Made by a program: the position numbers and the translations under genes. DNA of 64,000 bases from positions 128,001-192,000 of the forward strand of contig JBBIIG010000002.1 in the NCBI GenBank assembly GCA_037446635.1, in the 5' to 3' direction. This DNA comes from a bacterium (GTDB lineage: Bacteria > Zhuqueibacterota > Zhuqueibacteria > Oceanimicrobiales > Oceanimicrobiaceae). Below are positions 1 to 9,658 of the stretch, piece after piece; the stretch's first letter is position 1, and each line of letters opens with the position of its first letter. The notes below the pieces were generated by a model, which was not told the origin of the DNA, searched no databases, and was given only the letters and a program-made list of their open reading frames with translations.

Positions 1-230
1 GCTTTTTCCTGCTCCACCATGACGATCAATTCATAAAAAACTTTTTCGAGATCGCGGAGAACTTTTTCGTCTCCAATGAGCTTGAGTTCGTTTCCGCGCG
101 CCACGATGCGGGCGTTGAAATGCTGCTGCAATTTTTTCAAATTGGCGTCCTGAAATCCGAACAGCTTGAGTTGATCGACGCCTTTCAGTGAAATTCGTTT
201 TTCAACTATTTCTTGTTTCGTGTTCTGCAA
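1..230 (-). CDS. PhoH-family protein, N-terminal part (runs off the window edge)
   Basis: Own translation from TTG at 230 (GAGGT RBS upstream): MQNTKQEIVEKRISLKGVDQLKLFGFQDANLKKLQQHFNARIVARGNELKLIG, typical of the PhoH/YbeZ N-terminus; absent from the ORF track because it is truncated. Confidence 0.75.
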   Translation of the reverse strand, partial: MQNTKQEIVEKRISLKGVDQLKLFGFQDANLKKLQQHFNARIVARGNELKLIGDEKVLRDLEKVFYELIVMVEQEK

Positions 231-246
231 TTTACCTCGCTGCGTT

Positions 247-300
247 AATAAAAAAGCTCTTGTCCGATTGGCAGATCAACTGCCATCGATCCAAGAGCTT
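247..300 (-). terminator. Intrinsic terminator after the LysM gene
   Basis: Minus strand AAGCTCTTG...CAAGAGCTT hairpin followed by a T run. Confidence 0.65.
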
Positions 301-389
301 AGTTTTGTCTTTCTATTCAACGAACGATTTCAAAGAAACATCTCGGTGTGCGCCCGATGATTGTGAGAAAGCTCCGACGCAAACATCGA

Positions 390-1247
390 CTAATTGCCGC
401 GCGGCACTTTCAGAATCTGGTATGGATAAATCAGGTTGGGCTCGTCTCCAATGACCGCTTTGTTAGCTTCATAGAGCTGCCGCCACTTGGTGGGGTCGCC
501 CATTACCGACATATTGCCCGCGATCTTGGCGAGGTAATCGCCGCGGCCAACCATGTACTCATCCGGGCCGTTCTCTTTATGAATTTTGAAAATCTGATCG
601 GGATAGATCAAATCCGGGTCTTTGATCTGATCTTTGTTATAAGAATAGATGCGGATCCACTGCATGGGATCGCCGTAGATATCGGGCTTTTTGGAGATTC
701 TCCACAAGTAATCGCCGCGCGTAACTGTGTACTCATCATATAAGCCTTTGGGCATTCTGGCGCGCAGTTGCGCAATTTTGCCTTCCAGCGCCGCGATCTT
801 GTTCATCATTTCGGTCAACAAAGCGATGCGGCTGCCCTTCATTTCATTGAGCTTCTGCTCGATGGCGTCGATTTCTTTGCGCCGTTTGAACAACTCCTCG
901 GGGGATAACGCCGCCAACGCGCTGAGCTGTTTGTCCAAATCATCCAACTGCTGACGATAGGCGTTGACTTCTTCTTCGGTTACGCCGAGTGCGGCGTAAA
1001 TTTCATTCCAGGTTTCTTTGATCTGGGCGTCAAGATCGGCAATTTGAGCTTTTAGAGCTTCAATTTCCGTGTCCAATCTGGCAATTTCATCTTTTGCTGC
1101 ACGTTCACGGTTTTGCCACTCCTGCAACTGCTGATTGTATTCTTTCATCGTCATCTTCTCCTGGGCAAGGGAGGAACTCACCCCTGCTGCCAGAACAAGC
1201 GCTATGACGATGGCGCTGGCCCAGAGAGTTTTGGTGACCAATTTCAT
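390..1247 (-). CDS. Secreted coiled-coil protein with two LysM domains
   Basis: Start MKLVTK at 1247 after a GGAGG RBS; signal peptide; long heptad region; YTVTRGDYLWRIS...LIYPDQ and YMVGRGDYLAKIA...LIYPYQ LysM repeats. Confidence 0.85.
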   Translation of the reverse strand: MKLVTKTLWASAIVIALVLAAGVSSSLAQEKMTMKEYNQQLQEWQNRERAAKDEIARLDTEIEALKAQIADLDAQIKETWNEIYAALGVTEEEVNAYRQQLDDLDKQLSALAALSPEELFKRRKEIDAIEQKLNEMKGSRIALLTEMMNKIAALEGKIAQLRARMPKGLYDEYTVTRGDYLWRISKKPDIYGDPMQWIRIYSYNKDQIKDPDLIYPDQIFKIHKENGPDEYMVGRGDYLAKIAGNMSVMGDPTKWRQLYEANKAVIGDEPNLIYPYQILKVPRGN

Positions 1248-1284
1248 CTCAACCCTCCTGTTTCGTCCATTGTTTAAATTTAAA

Positions 1285-1554
1285 TTACTGGCCAAGTCGT
1301 TTTTTAACTTCTTCGAGTTCAGTTTTCGCATCCTGCAATTCCTTCCGTTTTTGATTGAGCTGGCTCTCCAGCCGGCTCTTTTCGCGGCGTCTTTCTTCTA
1401 AGGTGTTCTCTGCGGCAAGGGCGGCGTTCTTTTGCTCTTCCAGCGCCTGCAGTTGCTGCGCGTTAGGACGGCTCGTGCATCCAACCAGTGAGAAAGTGGA
1501 AACCACAAACAGCATGGCGATGAACAGTAAAACAGCTTTCGTTAAAAGTCTCAT
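1285..1554 (-). CDS. Small coiled-coil lipoprotein
   Basis: ATG at 1554 after GGAGG; hydrophobic signal with LVGC lipobox; mature part rich in E/K/Q/L and helical. Confidence 0.75.
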   Translation of the reverse strand: MRLLTKAVLLFIAMLFVVSTFSLVGCTSRPNAQQLQALEEQKNAALAAENTLEERRREKSRLESQLNQKRKELQDAKTELEEVKKRLGQ

Positions 1555-1656
1555 TACAGTTCTCACCTCCTTCCTCTCAGATTATGGTTTTTTTGGAGAT
1601 TGAAAATTGCCTGGCTTGGGAAATGCGTTACTTCTTGTTTTTCAAAACGTAAGCCA

Positions 1657-1685
1657 ATAATAGCAAAAAAATCGTTGATTGTCAA
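1657..1685 (-). promoter_or_regulatory. Sigma70-type promoter for the lipoprotein-LysM operon
   Basis: TTGACA-17 bp-TATTAT with extended -10 TG; overlaps the aspS stop codon. Confidence 0.65.
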
Positions 1686-3490
1686 GCAAAAAAATCTACT
1701 TTTAAGCCCAATTCTTTAAGCTGCTCGGCGCTGACCTGCGAGGGCGCGCCATCCATCAATGACAGCGCGCTGTTGGTCTTCGGGAACGCGATCACGTCGC
1801 GGATGGATTTCATGTTGGCGAGCAGCATCACCAGCCGGTCGAACCCAAACGCGATGCCGCCGTGCGGCGGCGCGCCGTATTCAAACGCCTCTAACAGAAA
1901 TCCAAACTTTTCGCGCGCTTCATCCTCCGGAATGTTTAGCAGCGAGAACATTTTTTTCTGCAGCGCCTGCTGATGAATTCGAATGCTGCCGCCGGCGATC
2001 TCGTAGCCGTTGATTACCAGATCATAAGCCTTGGCGCGCGCCGCTTCCGGCTTGGTATCCAGCAAGTGCAGATCTTCGTCCATGGGCGCGGTGAAGGGAT
2101 GATGCCGCGCCACGTAGCGCTTCTCGTTTTCGTCGAATTCCAGCAGCGGAAAATCCACGACCCACAGCAGCGAGAAGGTGTCCGCGGGAATCAAATTTTC
2201 TTCCCGCGCCAATTTCACTCGCAGGTTGCCGGCAAGGGTTAGGGCCTTCTCTCTCTGATCGGCAATCAGCAAAATCAAATCGCCGGCGCCGGCGTTGAAG
2301 CGCTGGTTGATCGCGCGAATGGCGTCGTCCCTAAAAAATTTTGCCACCGAGGATTCCCACCCCGACTCGCTCACTTTGATGCTCACCAATCCCTTCCCGC
2401 CTTCGGTTTGAATGTATTGCGTCAACTCATCGATTCGTTTGCGGGAAAACGTCGCGCCGCCTTTGAGCGCCACCCCGCAAACGATGCCGCCGCTGGCCGC
2501 GGTTTCTTTGAAGACTTTAAATTCAGATTCGCCGGCCAACTCGCTGATGTCCACGATGGTCATCGCGAAGCGGGTGTCGGGTTTATCGGTGCCGTACGTC
2601 GCCACGGCTTGTTCGTAGCTCAGGCGGGGGATGGGCAGCGTGATGGTTCGATTCAAAATTTTTTGGAAGATCTCTGCCATCAGATTTTCCACCATAGTCA
2701 GCACGTCCTCTCGTTCGACAAACGACATTTCCACGTCGATTTGGGTGAACTCCGGCTGGCGGTCGGCGCGCAAATCCTCGTCGCGGAAACAGCGCACGAT
2801 CTGGAAATAGCGGTCCATGCCCGCGACCATCAAAATCTGTTTGTACATCTGCGGACTCTGGGGCAGGGCGTAAAACTTGCCCTTGTGAATGCGGCTGGGC
2901 ACCAAAAAATCGCGGGCGCCTTCCGGGGTGCTGCGCATCAACGTCGGGGTTTCAAATTCCAAAAAATTATTGCGGTCAAAAAAAGAGCGCACAACTTGAT
3001 ACGTTTTATGACGAAGAATCATGTTCTCGCGCATGGATGAATTGCGCAAATCGAGATAACGGTATTTGAGCCGCAGCTCTTCCGAGACCTCCACGTTGTC
3101 ATCGATGACAAACGGCGTGGTTTTGGCGCGATTCAAAATCTTCAGTTCCTGAACCGCCACTTCGATCTCACCGGTGCTTAAATTGGGATTGACCATCCCT
3201 TCCGGCCGTTTGCGCACCGTTCCTTTCACCGCGATCACAAACTCACCACGCAGCTCCTTTGCCTTCGGATTCGCCTCGCCGCCATCTCCGCCAGAGCGGA
3301 TCGCCTCAGCCGATTGTCCGCCAAAAACAATTTGGGTGATGCCGTAGCGGTCGCGCAAATCGATGAATATCAGTCCGCCGTGATCGCGGCGGCGGTGCAC
3401 CCAACCCATGAGGATCACTTCCTGTCCATCGTGTTCGGCCTTCAAATCGCCGCAGGTGTGAGTTCGTTTCCAGCCCTCGAGCTTTTCCAA
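1682..3490 (-). CDS. aspS: Aspartate--tRNA ligase
   Basis: RTHTCG, RRDHGGLIFIDLRD, PQSPQ, FRDEDLRADRQPEF and GAPPHGGIAFGFDR motifs. Confidence 0.98.
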   Translation of the reverse strand: MEKLEGWKRTHTCGDLKAEHDGQEVILMGWVHRRRDHGGLIFIDLRDRYGITQIVFGGQSAEAIRSGGDGGEANPKAKELRGEFVIAVKGTVRKRPEGMVNPNLSTGEIEVAVQELKILNRAKTTPFVIDDNVEVSEELRLKYRYLDLRNSSMRENMILRHKTYQVVRSFFDRNNFLEFETPTLMRSTPEGARDFLVPSRIHKGKFYALPQSPQMYKQILMVAGMDRYFQIVRCFRDEDLRADRQPEFTQIDVEMSFVEREDVLTMVENLMAEIFQKILNRTITLPIPRLSYEQAVATYGTDKPDTRFAMTIVDISELAGESEFKVFKETAASGGIVCGVALKGGATFSRKRIDELTQYIQTEGGKGLVSIKVSESGWESSVAKFFRDDAIRAINQRFNAGAGDLILLIADQREKALTLAGNLRVKLAREENLIPADTFSLLWVVDFPLLEFDENEKRYVARHHPFTAPMDEDLHLLDTKPEAARAKAYDLVINGYEIAGGSIRIHQQALQKKMFSLLNIPEDEAREKFGFLLEAFEYGAPPHGGIAFGFDRLVMLLANMKSIRDVIAFPKTNSALSLMDGAPSQVSAEQLKELGLKVDFFA

Positions 3491-3585
3491 AGCTTGCTAA
3501 CCTCCGTAAAAAAGCCTTGGGATAATTTAGAAAAAAAATCGAAAATTCAAACAAATTGTAGGAGTGAGTTTATGAGGAAACCCTG

Positions 3586-3720
3586 TCAGGGTTGAAACTT
3601 GGCATATTCCTTTTCGGAGATGATCTTCTCAATCTCGGGGTTAATGATGTGCACCTCGTCCCAGGTGAGGCCGTAGAGTTGGTAAACCATGAGATCGATT
3701 TGGCTAACCAGCCCTGCAGC
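3586..3720 (-). pseudogene. C-terminal remnant of a type IIG/Eco57I-like restriction-modification protein
   Basis: SQIDLMVYQLYGLTWDEVHII resembles the common IDxLVYxLYGLTxEEI C-terminus of N6-MTase/REase fusions; no upstream body present. Confidence 0.55.
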
Positions 3721-3730
3721 CCTACCCACG

Positions 3731-3813
3731 CTGTCGTTGCCTGCCTGTGGCAGACAGGCGAAACTCGCGCTTTTCCAGCCTGCCTGCGCAGGCAGGCGAG
3801 TCGAAGCAATCTC
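3731..3813. repeat. Composite palindromic repeat with two nested GCCTGCCT...AGRCAGGC units
   Basis: 3739-3759 GCCTGCCTGTGGCAGACAGGC; 3778-3797 perfect palindrome GCCTGCCTGCGCAGGCAGGC; flanks TGTCGTT...CGAAGCAATCTC. Confidence 0.7.
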
Positions 3814-3919
3814 GTGGCTCCGCGCATTAATTATGGGACTGCTTCGCCCCAAACAACGCGGGACTCGCAGTGAACATTCATTTGGGCATTCTCCCTTTAA
3901 TAGATGCGGCATCGAAATC

Positions 3920-4231
3920 AATGTCGGGTTAGAACTTCGAGATCAGCTTATACCTAAAGAGTTCGCGCTTTCAAAAAATTTTCCCAATCCATTTAACCCT
4001 TCCACCCAAATTAATTTTGAAATTCCAAAAACTGCGCACGGGGTGATAAAAATTTATGACTTATTAGGTCGTGAAGTAAAGACTTTGGTCAACGAAATCA
4101 AAACTCAAAGTCGATATGAGATTGTTTGGAATGGAGACAATGCTTCAGGTGTGCCCGTGGCATCCGTCCTTTATATATAGCGCAAGCCGGAGATTTTGTC
4201 AGCTACTCATAAAATGTTAATGATCAAATAG
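3920..4231 (+). pseudogene. Degraded secretion C-terminal (T9SS-type/FlgD Ig-like) domain fragment
   Basis: PKEFALSKNFPNPFNPSTQINFEIPK...IYDLLGREVKTLVN...WNG; stop at 4180, with tail pieces QAGDF and SATHKMLMIK* split across frames. Confidence 0.7.
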
Positions 4232-4245
4232 AATGAAACGCAATT

Positions 4246-5631
4246 TTAAAAAACCTCAAAATTCTTGTCCGAAAACTTCACAGATGGGTACTTTGTCAAC
4301 TGCGTTTTGAAAATTTCAATTATCTCCTGCAAACGCGCTTTGGTTTTGGCCTCGAAGCGCAGCACCAGCACCGGCTGCGTGTTGGAAGCGCGCACCAATC
4401 CCCAGCCATCGCCCATCAAAACCCGCGCGCCATCGATGTCGATGGTTTCATACTTTGATTTGAAATAATTGGCGAGATCTGCCACGATTCTAAACTTATC
4501 TTCATCGGTCGCCTCCACGCGAATTTCCGGCGTGGCTTCAAAGTACGGAATTTCATCCGCAATTTCCGAGAGCTTCTTTTTTGATTTCGACATCAACTGC
4601 ATCAGCCGCCCGGAGACGTAAATGCCGTCGTCGAAACCGAGGTAGCCGTCGGTGTAAAAAATGTGGCCGGACATTTCGCCGGCCAGCGGCGCATGCAGCT
4701 CTTTCATTTTCGCCTTCAGCAACGAATGGCCGGTTTTCCACATGATGGGCTGGCCGCCGTGTTTCGCGATCTCTTCCGGCAGCGCCTGTGAGCATTTGAC
4801 ATCGAAGACGATCTGCGCGCCTTGGTTGCGCTCCAAAACTTCGCGGCTCAAAATCGCCATCAGGCGGTCGGCGAAGATGATGCGGCCCTTGTCGTCGATT
4901 ACACCCACGCGGTCGCTGTCGCCGTCGTAGCCGATGCCAACGTCCGCGCCCACTTCCAAAACCTTCTTCTGCAAATCAACCACGTATTTCGGCACGGTGG
5001 GATCGGGCAGATGGTTGGGGAAGCGGCCGTCGGGATCGCAATAAAGACAAGTGACCTCACAACCCATGTCTTGCCAGATTTTGGGGACGATGAGTCCGGC
5101 CACGCCGTTGCCGGCATCGACAACGATTTTCAGCTTCTTCTCAAATTTCAGCCGCGACTGCACCGCGTGAACGTAATCTTGCATCGTGTCTTTGAGCGTC
5201 ACTTCACCGCTGCCTTTGGCGAAATCCTGTTGTTCGATAATTCTGCGAATTTCCTGAATCTGCTCGCCGTAAACCGGCGCCACCGCTTTTTTGGAAATTT
5301 TCAGCCCGTTGTATTCAATGGGATTGTGGCTGCCGGTGATCATCACGCCGCCGTCGGCGTTCAAATGCAGGATGGCGAAATACTGCGCCGGCGTGAGGGT
5401 GACGCCAAGGTCGATCACGTTGACGCCGGTGGAAACCAATCCTTTCACGAGGGCATTGCGGATGCGTTCGGAGGAGAGGCGGACGTCGCGGCCAATCACC
5501 AGCGTTTTGGCGCCCCCGCGCGTCAAAAACGTGCCGATGCCCTGGCCCAGCAGCACGACGTTTTCATCCACCAGATCTTTATCCGCAATGCCGCGAATGT
5601 CATACTCGCGAAAGATGTTGGGTTTCACCAT
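4246..5631 (-). CDS. Phosphomannomutase/phosphoglucomutase
   Basis: FREYDIRG, ITGSHNP (phospho-Ser), YDGDSDR, GEMSGH and VRASNTQP motifs. Confidence 0.95.
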   Translation of the reverse strand: MVKPNIFREYDIRGIADKDLVDENVVLLGQGIGTFLTRGGAKTLVIGRDVRLSSERIRNALVKGLVSTGVNVIDLGVTLTPAQYFAILHLNADGGVMITGSHNPIEYNGLKISKKAVAPVYGEQIQEIRRIIEQQDFAKGSGEVTLKDTMQDYVHAVQSRLKFEKKLKIVVDAGNGVAGLIVPKIWQDMGCEVTCLYCDPDGRFPNHLPDPTVPKYVVDLQKKVLEVGADVGIGYDGDSDRVGVIDDKGRIIFADRLMAILSREVLERNQGAQIVFDVKCSQALPEEIAKHGGQPIMWKTGHSLLKAKMKELHAPLAGEMSGHIFYTDGYLGFDDGIYVSGRLMQLMSKSKKKLSEIADEIPYFEATPEIRVEATDEDKFRIVADLANYFKSKYETIDIDGARVLMGDGWGLVRASNTQPVLVLRFEAKTKARLQEIIEIFKTQLTKYPSVKFSDKNFEVF

Positions 5632-5651
5632 GAAAGCCTCCTGTTAGCATT

Positions 5652-5682
5652 CCGTAGGGGCGGATTGCTATACGCCCCACGG
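5652..5682. repeat. GTAG-type REP-like palindrome
   Basis: CCGTAGGGGCG-gattgctata-CGCCCCACGG between prmC and the phosphohexomutase gene. Confidence 0.55.
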
Positions 5683-5686
5683 TTGA

Positions 5687-6598
5687 TTATTTCCGGCCCG
5701 TTACCACGCGTTCGATGTCATTCAAATCTGCCGCCGCCTGAATTTGCGAAAGCCCGCTTTTCGCAAAAATTTCTGCAACGGCTTGCGCTTGCCCCATTCC
5801 CACTTCGACGGCTACGAACCCGCCATGATTCAAAATCATAGGCGCGGTCGCCGCAATTTGCCGATAAAAATTCAGACCGTCGGCGCCATCTTTTAGGGCA
5901 GCGCGCGGCTCAAAATCTCGGACTTCCGGCGGCAAATTCGGATAGTCGGCGTCGGAGATGTACGGCGGATTCGAGACGATAACATCGAACGTGTTCTGAA
6001 ATTCATGCAACCAATTATTTGTCGGATACCGATCCGCTTCGCGGAAGAAGAAGTCAAGCTTGCGGAATTCGATTTGCTCGGAAACCTCATTCAAACGCGC
6101 GTTTTCGGCGGCGGTCGTTACGGCTGCCTCCGAAACATCGATGGCAGTAAAACGCGCGTTCGGCAAATGTTTCGCCAGCGAAATTGCAATACACCCGGAG
6201 CCGGTGCCAATATCCAAAATATTAATTTTTTCTGCCGGGCTATTTTTCTCGCGGCATTTTTGCAAAACCGTTTCCACCAAAATTTCCGTTTCCGGGCGCG
6301 GAATCAAAACGTTGGGGGTAACTCGAAAACGCAGCGAGAAAAATTCTGTTTCGCCCAAAATGTATTGCAGCGGCTCGTGCTGCAAGCGCCGTTTTAGAAA
6401 TCCCTTAAATCGAGCGAGTTCATCATCTGCCAACGGGCGTTCGTAATTCAAGTACAAATCCACGCGCTTCAAATTCAAAGTATGCCCCAGCAAACGTTCG
6501 GCGTTCAAGCGGGAATTCTCGAACCCTTTTTCGCTCAGGTACTCGGAACTCCAATTGAGCAATTCGAGGACGTTCCAGGTTTTGGTGGATTTGGACAT
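5687..6598 (-). CDS. prmC: Release factor glutamine N5-methyltransferase
   Basis: EPLQYILG, LIPRPETE, LDIGTGSG and SNPPY motifs. Confidence 0.95.
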   Translation of the reverse strand: MSKSTKTWNVLELLNWSSEYLSEKGFENSRLNAERLLGHTLNLKRVDLYLNYERPLADDELARFKGFLKRRLQHEPLQYILGETEFFSLRFRVTPNVLIPRPETEILVETVLQKCREKNSPAEKINILDIGTGSGCIAISLAKHLPNARFTAIDVSEAAVTTAAENARLNEVSEQIEFRKLDFFFREADRYPTNNWLHEFQNTFDVIVSNPPYISDADYPNLPPEVRDFEPRAALKDGADGLNFYRQIAATAPMILNHGGFVAVEVGMGQAQAVAEIFAKSGLSQIQAAADLNDIERVVTGRK

Positions 6599-6599
6599 A

Positions 6600-6902
6600 T
6601 TATTTTAACTTGATTCTATCTTTCCAGTAACCAGGCCTTCGATGAAGATGCATTACGGCAACCAGGTGTATTGCTTTGTGATGATTTTCATACAGAAGGC
6701 CGAAAGGGAAATTCCGTAGGAGATAGCGTCTAACCCCATCAGAGAATTTCGGCCAGGTGAGAGGAGATTCAGCTATTTTTTCTTTACCTCTATTTACTTC
6801 ATCCAGAAACCTGTCACCAAGTCCATGAGCTTTCGAATTATAATAAAAAGCGGAGACTCGCATTTCTTCAAGTGCTTCGGGATGAAAGATAACAGGCTTC
6901 AT
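6600..6902 (-). CDS. RelE/ParE-family type II toxin
   Basis: FHPEA...GLGDRF...RRYLLRNFPFGLLY...VAVMHLHRRPGYW pattern; overlaps the antitoxin stop. Confidence 0.85.
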   Translation of the reverse strand: MKPVIFHPEALEEMRVSAFYYNSKAHGLGDRFLDEVNRGKEKIAESPLTWPKFSDGVRRYLLRNFPFGLLYENHHKAIHLVAVMHLHRRPGYWKDRIKLK

Positions 6903-7129
6903 TTAAGTGATTCCCGAACCATACGAATCGCGTCCTCCGCCAATATACCTTTCACTCGGCCTTCTTTGAGTTCATTCGATCTTCTTTTTGCCTCTTGCGC
7001 CCAAGAGGCTTCAATTTCCGAAACCTCCTCCTCATCCAAACTCAAAATCAGTTTGTGAGCGATCTTCGCACGAGCCTCGACCGGCAAGGCCAGTAGTTCG
7101 TCCGAAATTTCTTCAATCGATTCAGTCAT
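6899..7129 (-). CDS. Addiction-module antitoxin component
   Basis: Acidic 76 aa protein, LALPVEARAKIAHKLILSLD...EASWAQEAKRR; directly upstream of the toxin. Confidence 0.8.
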   Translation of the reverse strand: MTESIEEISDELLALPVEARAKIAHKLILSLDEEEVSEIEASWAQEAKRRSNELKEGRVKGILAEDAIRMVRESLK

Positions 7130-7180
7130 GGTTCACCTCAACTTTTGTTATGTATATGCCATTTTTAGGCATTAAATAAA

Positions 7181-8248
7181 TCATCCCGCCTTCTTCAACA
7201 TCTCCGCCTGATCCGCCAAACGCAGTTGCTCGATCACCTCGTCGAGATCGCCGTCGATGATATCGTCGAGGCGGTAGAGGGTCAACCCGATGCGATGATC
7301 CGTGAGGCGGCCTTGCGGGAAGTTGTAAGTGCGAATCTTGGCGCTGCGATCGCCGGTGCTGATCATCGAGCGCCGGCTGGCGGCCAATTTTTCCTGCTCC
7401 TCGCGCTGTTTTTTTTCCAGCAGCCGCGACTTCAAAACTTTGATGGCTTTGTTTTTGTTTTTGAGCTGCGATTTTTCATCCTGGCAGGTCACCACCATGC
7501 CAGTGGGCAAATGCGTAACACGCACGGCCGAGTCCGTGGTGTTGACGCTCTGGCCGCCGGGGCCGGAGGAACGAAAGACGTCGATTTTCAAATCGTTGGG
7601 GTCGATTTCGATTTCAATTTCTTCGGCCTCCGGCAGCACCGCCACCGAGGCCGCTGAAGTGTGAATGCGGCCGCTGGCTTCGGTTTTGGGCACGCGCTGC
7701 ACGCGATGAACGCCGCTTTCGTATTTCATAATGCCGTAGGCGTTGTCGCCCACCAGCATAAAAATGATTTCTTTGAATCCGCCCACGCCCTGCGGGCTCA
7801 TGCTAAGCAGCTCGACCTTCCAGCCTTTTTTTTCAGCGTAGTGAAGGTACATGCGGTAAAGATCGCCAGCAAAGAGTCCGGCTTCGTCGCCGCCGGTGCC
7901 GGCGCGAATTTCGACGATGGCGTTTTTGGCGTCGTTGGGGTCTTTCGGCAAAATCAAATACTTCAGTTCGTCTTCCAGGGCCGACTTTTTTTCGCGCAAT
8001 TCTTCCAGCTCAGCCTGCGCCAACTCGCGCAGCTCTTTGTCGCTCTCGTCGCGCAAAACGGCTTCGTCATCTGCCATTCTTTTTAACAGCGATTTGTATT
8101 CGCGGTATTTCTCAATTGTTTTCTCAAGGCTGCTTTTCTCTTTAGAAATGCTTCGAATTTTTGAGGGATCCTGCATGAACGCGGGATCCATCATCAAAGA
8201 ATTGAGCTCTTCGTAGCGCGCGGATATTTTTTCCAACTTATCTAACAT
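7181..8248 (-). CDS. prfA: Peptide chain release factor 1
   Basis: PKT (PxT) recognition motif, [17 protein letters not shown]; likely start MLDKLE at 8248. Confidence 0.97.
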   Translation of the reverse strand: MLDKLEKISARYEELNSLMMDPAFMQDPSKIRSISKEKSSLEKTIEKYREYKSLLKRMADDEAVLRDESDKELRELAQAELEELREKKSALEDELKYLILPKDPNDAKNAIVEIRAGTGGDEAGLFAGDLYRMYLHYAEKKGWKVELLSMSPQGVGGFKEIIFMLVGDNAYGIMKYESGVHRVQRVPKTEASGRIHTSAASVAVLPEAEEIEIEIDPNDLKIDVFRSSGPGGQSVNTTDSAVRVTHLPTGMVVTCQDEKSQLKNKNKAIKVLKSRLLEKKQREEQEKLAASRRSMISTGDRSAKIRTYNFPQGRLTDHRIGLTLYRLDDIIDGDLDEVIEQLRLADQAEMLKKAG

Positions 8249-8271
8249 CCAATACTCCGAGAAAACATGCA

Positions 8272-9243
8272 TTACAAACGTTGATACTGCATCGCATCCT
8301 GATTTTCAAAAACGACGTCAGCGTGGCCGGAAACGTCCATTTTCAGGGCGCATTTCAGGGCGACGATCGCGACTTCCAATTGGCTCTCGTCCGGTTCTTT
8401 GGTGGTTAAACGCTGCAGCCACAGGCCCGGCGCGATGAACGGCTTCCAGAAATGAATGCGCGAGCCGGCGTCGGAGAGGCGGATGAGTTCATAAGAAATG
8501 CCGCCGATGAGGGGGATGAACGCCAGCCGCAGCAAGCGATCGCCGACGTCGGCTGGTTTACCCAAAAACATAAACACAAAGATGCTGACGATCATAACAA
8601 TCAACAAAAAGCTGGTGCCGCAGCGGGGGTGAAAGCGGGTGAAGCTGCGGGCGACCGTTGGCGTCAATTGTTTTTTGTTCTCGAATGCAAAAATACTTTT
8701 GTGCTCGGCGCCGTGATATTCAAAAATGCGGCGAATGTCCTTCATTAAAGTAATGGCAAATAAATACAAAAGAAAAATCGCCAGCCGCAAAACGCCATCC
8801 ACTAAATTGAAGATGACGCCGGATCTCGCGCCTAAAAGTTCGGTCAGCAGCAGGGGCACATAAAAGAAGATGAACAAACCAACCGCAAATGAAAAAATCA
8901 CAGTGGCGCCGAACCATAATTTCGACCACAGATTTTTTTCTGCCGAGGGCTGGGAATTCGCGGCATTCTCCGGGTCTTTGCTCCTTTCGTCTTCCATCAT
9001 CACGTCGCCGGAAAAAGACAGCGCCGTGATTCCCAAAACCAGCGATTCAATCAAAACCACGGCGCCGCGCAGCAGCGGAAGCGAAAGCGGGCGAAAGCGT
9101 TTCACAAAGGACACGAACGGTTTTCGGCGAACGAATATGCTGCCGTCCTGCCTTCGCACCGCCACGGCGTAGGTATCGTGGGAGCGCATCAGCACGCCTT
9201 CGATGACCGCTTGCCCGCCAACTTGTATCGTGGATTTCGACAT
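8272..9243 (-). CDS. DUF1385/YqhQ-family membrane protein
   Basis: [26 protein letters not shown] and LTTKEP motifs; usual rpmE-DUF1385-prfA context. Confidence 0.9.
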   Translation of the reverse strand: MSKSTIQVGGQAVIEGVLMRSHDTYAVAVRRQDGSIFVRRKPFVSFVKRFRPLSLPLLRGAVVLIESLVLGITALSFSGDVMMEDERSKDPENAANSQPSAEKNLWSKLWFGATVIFSFAVGLFIFFYVPLLLTELLGARSGVIFNLVDGVLRLAIFLLYLFAITLMKDIRRIFEYHGAEHKSIFAFENKKQLTPTVARSFTRFHPRCGTSFLLIVMIVSIFVFMFLGKPADVGDRLLRLAFIPLIGGISYELIRLSDAGSRIHFWKPFIAPGLWLQRLTTKEPDESQLEVAIVALKCALKMDVSGHADVVFENQDAMQYQRL

Positions 9244-9255
9244 GTTGAATGCTCA

Positions 9256-9302
9256 TAAAAAAACGGAATGTATCCCGCCCCCAGCGGAACGCATCCCGTT
9301 TC
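9256..9302 (-). terminator. Probable terminator after rpmE
   Basis: Minus strand AAACGGGATGCG...TACATTCCGTTTTTTT imperfect hairpin with T tract. Confidence 0.5.
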
Positions 9303-9320
9303 TAAATTGTCAAAGCTCAG

Positions 9321-9554
9321 TTAAGCGTTTTCGGCGGCGGCCGTTTCTTGGGTTTTCTTTTTGCCGTACTTGAGATTGAATTTCTCCACTCGTCCGGCGG
9401 AGTCCACCAATTTTTGCTTGCCGGTGAAAAATGGGTGGCAGTTGGAGCAGATTTCCACTCGCAGATCGCCCACGGTGGAACGCACTTGAAAAGTGTTGCC
9501 GCACGCGCAAGTTACGGTTCCAACTTTGTATTGGGGATGAATCTTTTGTTTCAC
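9321..9554 (-). CDS. rpmE: 50S ribosomal protein L31 (Zn-binding type)
   Basis: GTG start at MKQKIHP; CACG and [12 protein letters not shown] motifs. Confidence 0.95.
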   Translation of the reverse strand: MKQKIHPQYKVGTVTCACGNTFQVRSTVGDLRVEICSNCHPFFTGKQKLVDSAGRVEKFNLKYGKKKTQETAAAENA

Positions 9555-9604
9555 GAAAGCTCCCTTCTGGATTTTAGCTTCCAACATTAAAAAATAACGC
9601 GCTA

Positions 9605-9633
9605 AATATAGCCAAACGTCGAGTTAAATGCAA
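9605..9633 (-). promoter_or_regulatory. Sigma70-type promoter of rpmE
   Basis: TTGCAT-17 bp-TATATT. Confidence 0.5.
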
Positions 9634-9658
9634 GGGAATTTCTCCGACCCTGTCCAGC

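Noticed and set aside
3689..4180. 163-aa ORF as an intact secreted protein
   Set aside because: The N-terminal half translates repeats and the antisense of an R-M remnant; no signal peptide; the sorting domain tail is broken
4822..5841. Long antisense ORFs (also 18552-19292, 19302-20096, 44674-45606, 48684-49703, 50118-51077, 53377-54423)
   Set aside because: Shadow frames opposite well-supported genes, expected with GC-rich third positions; no motifs
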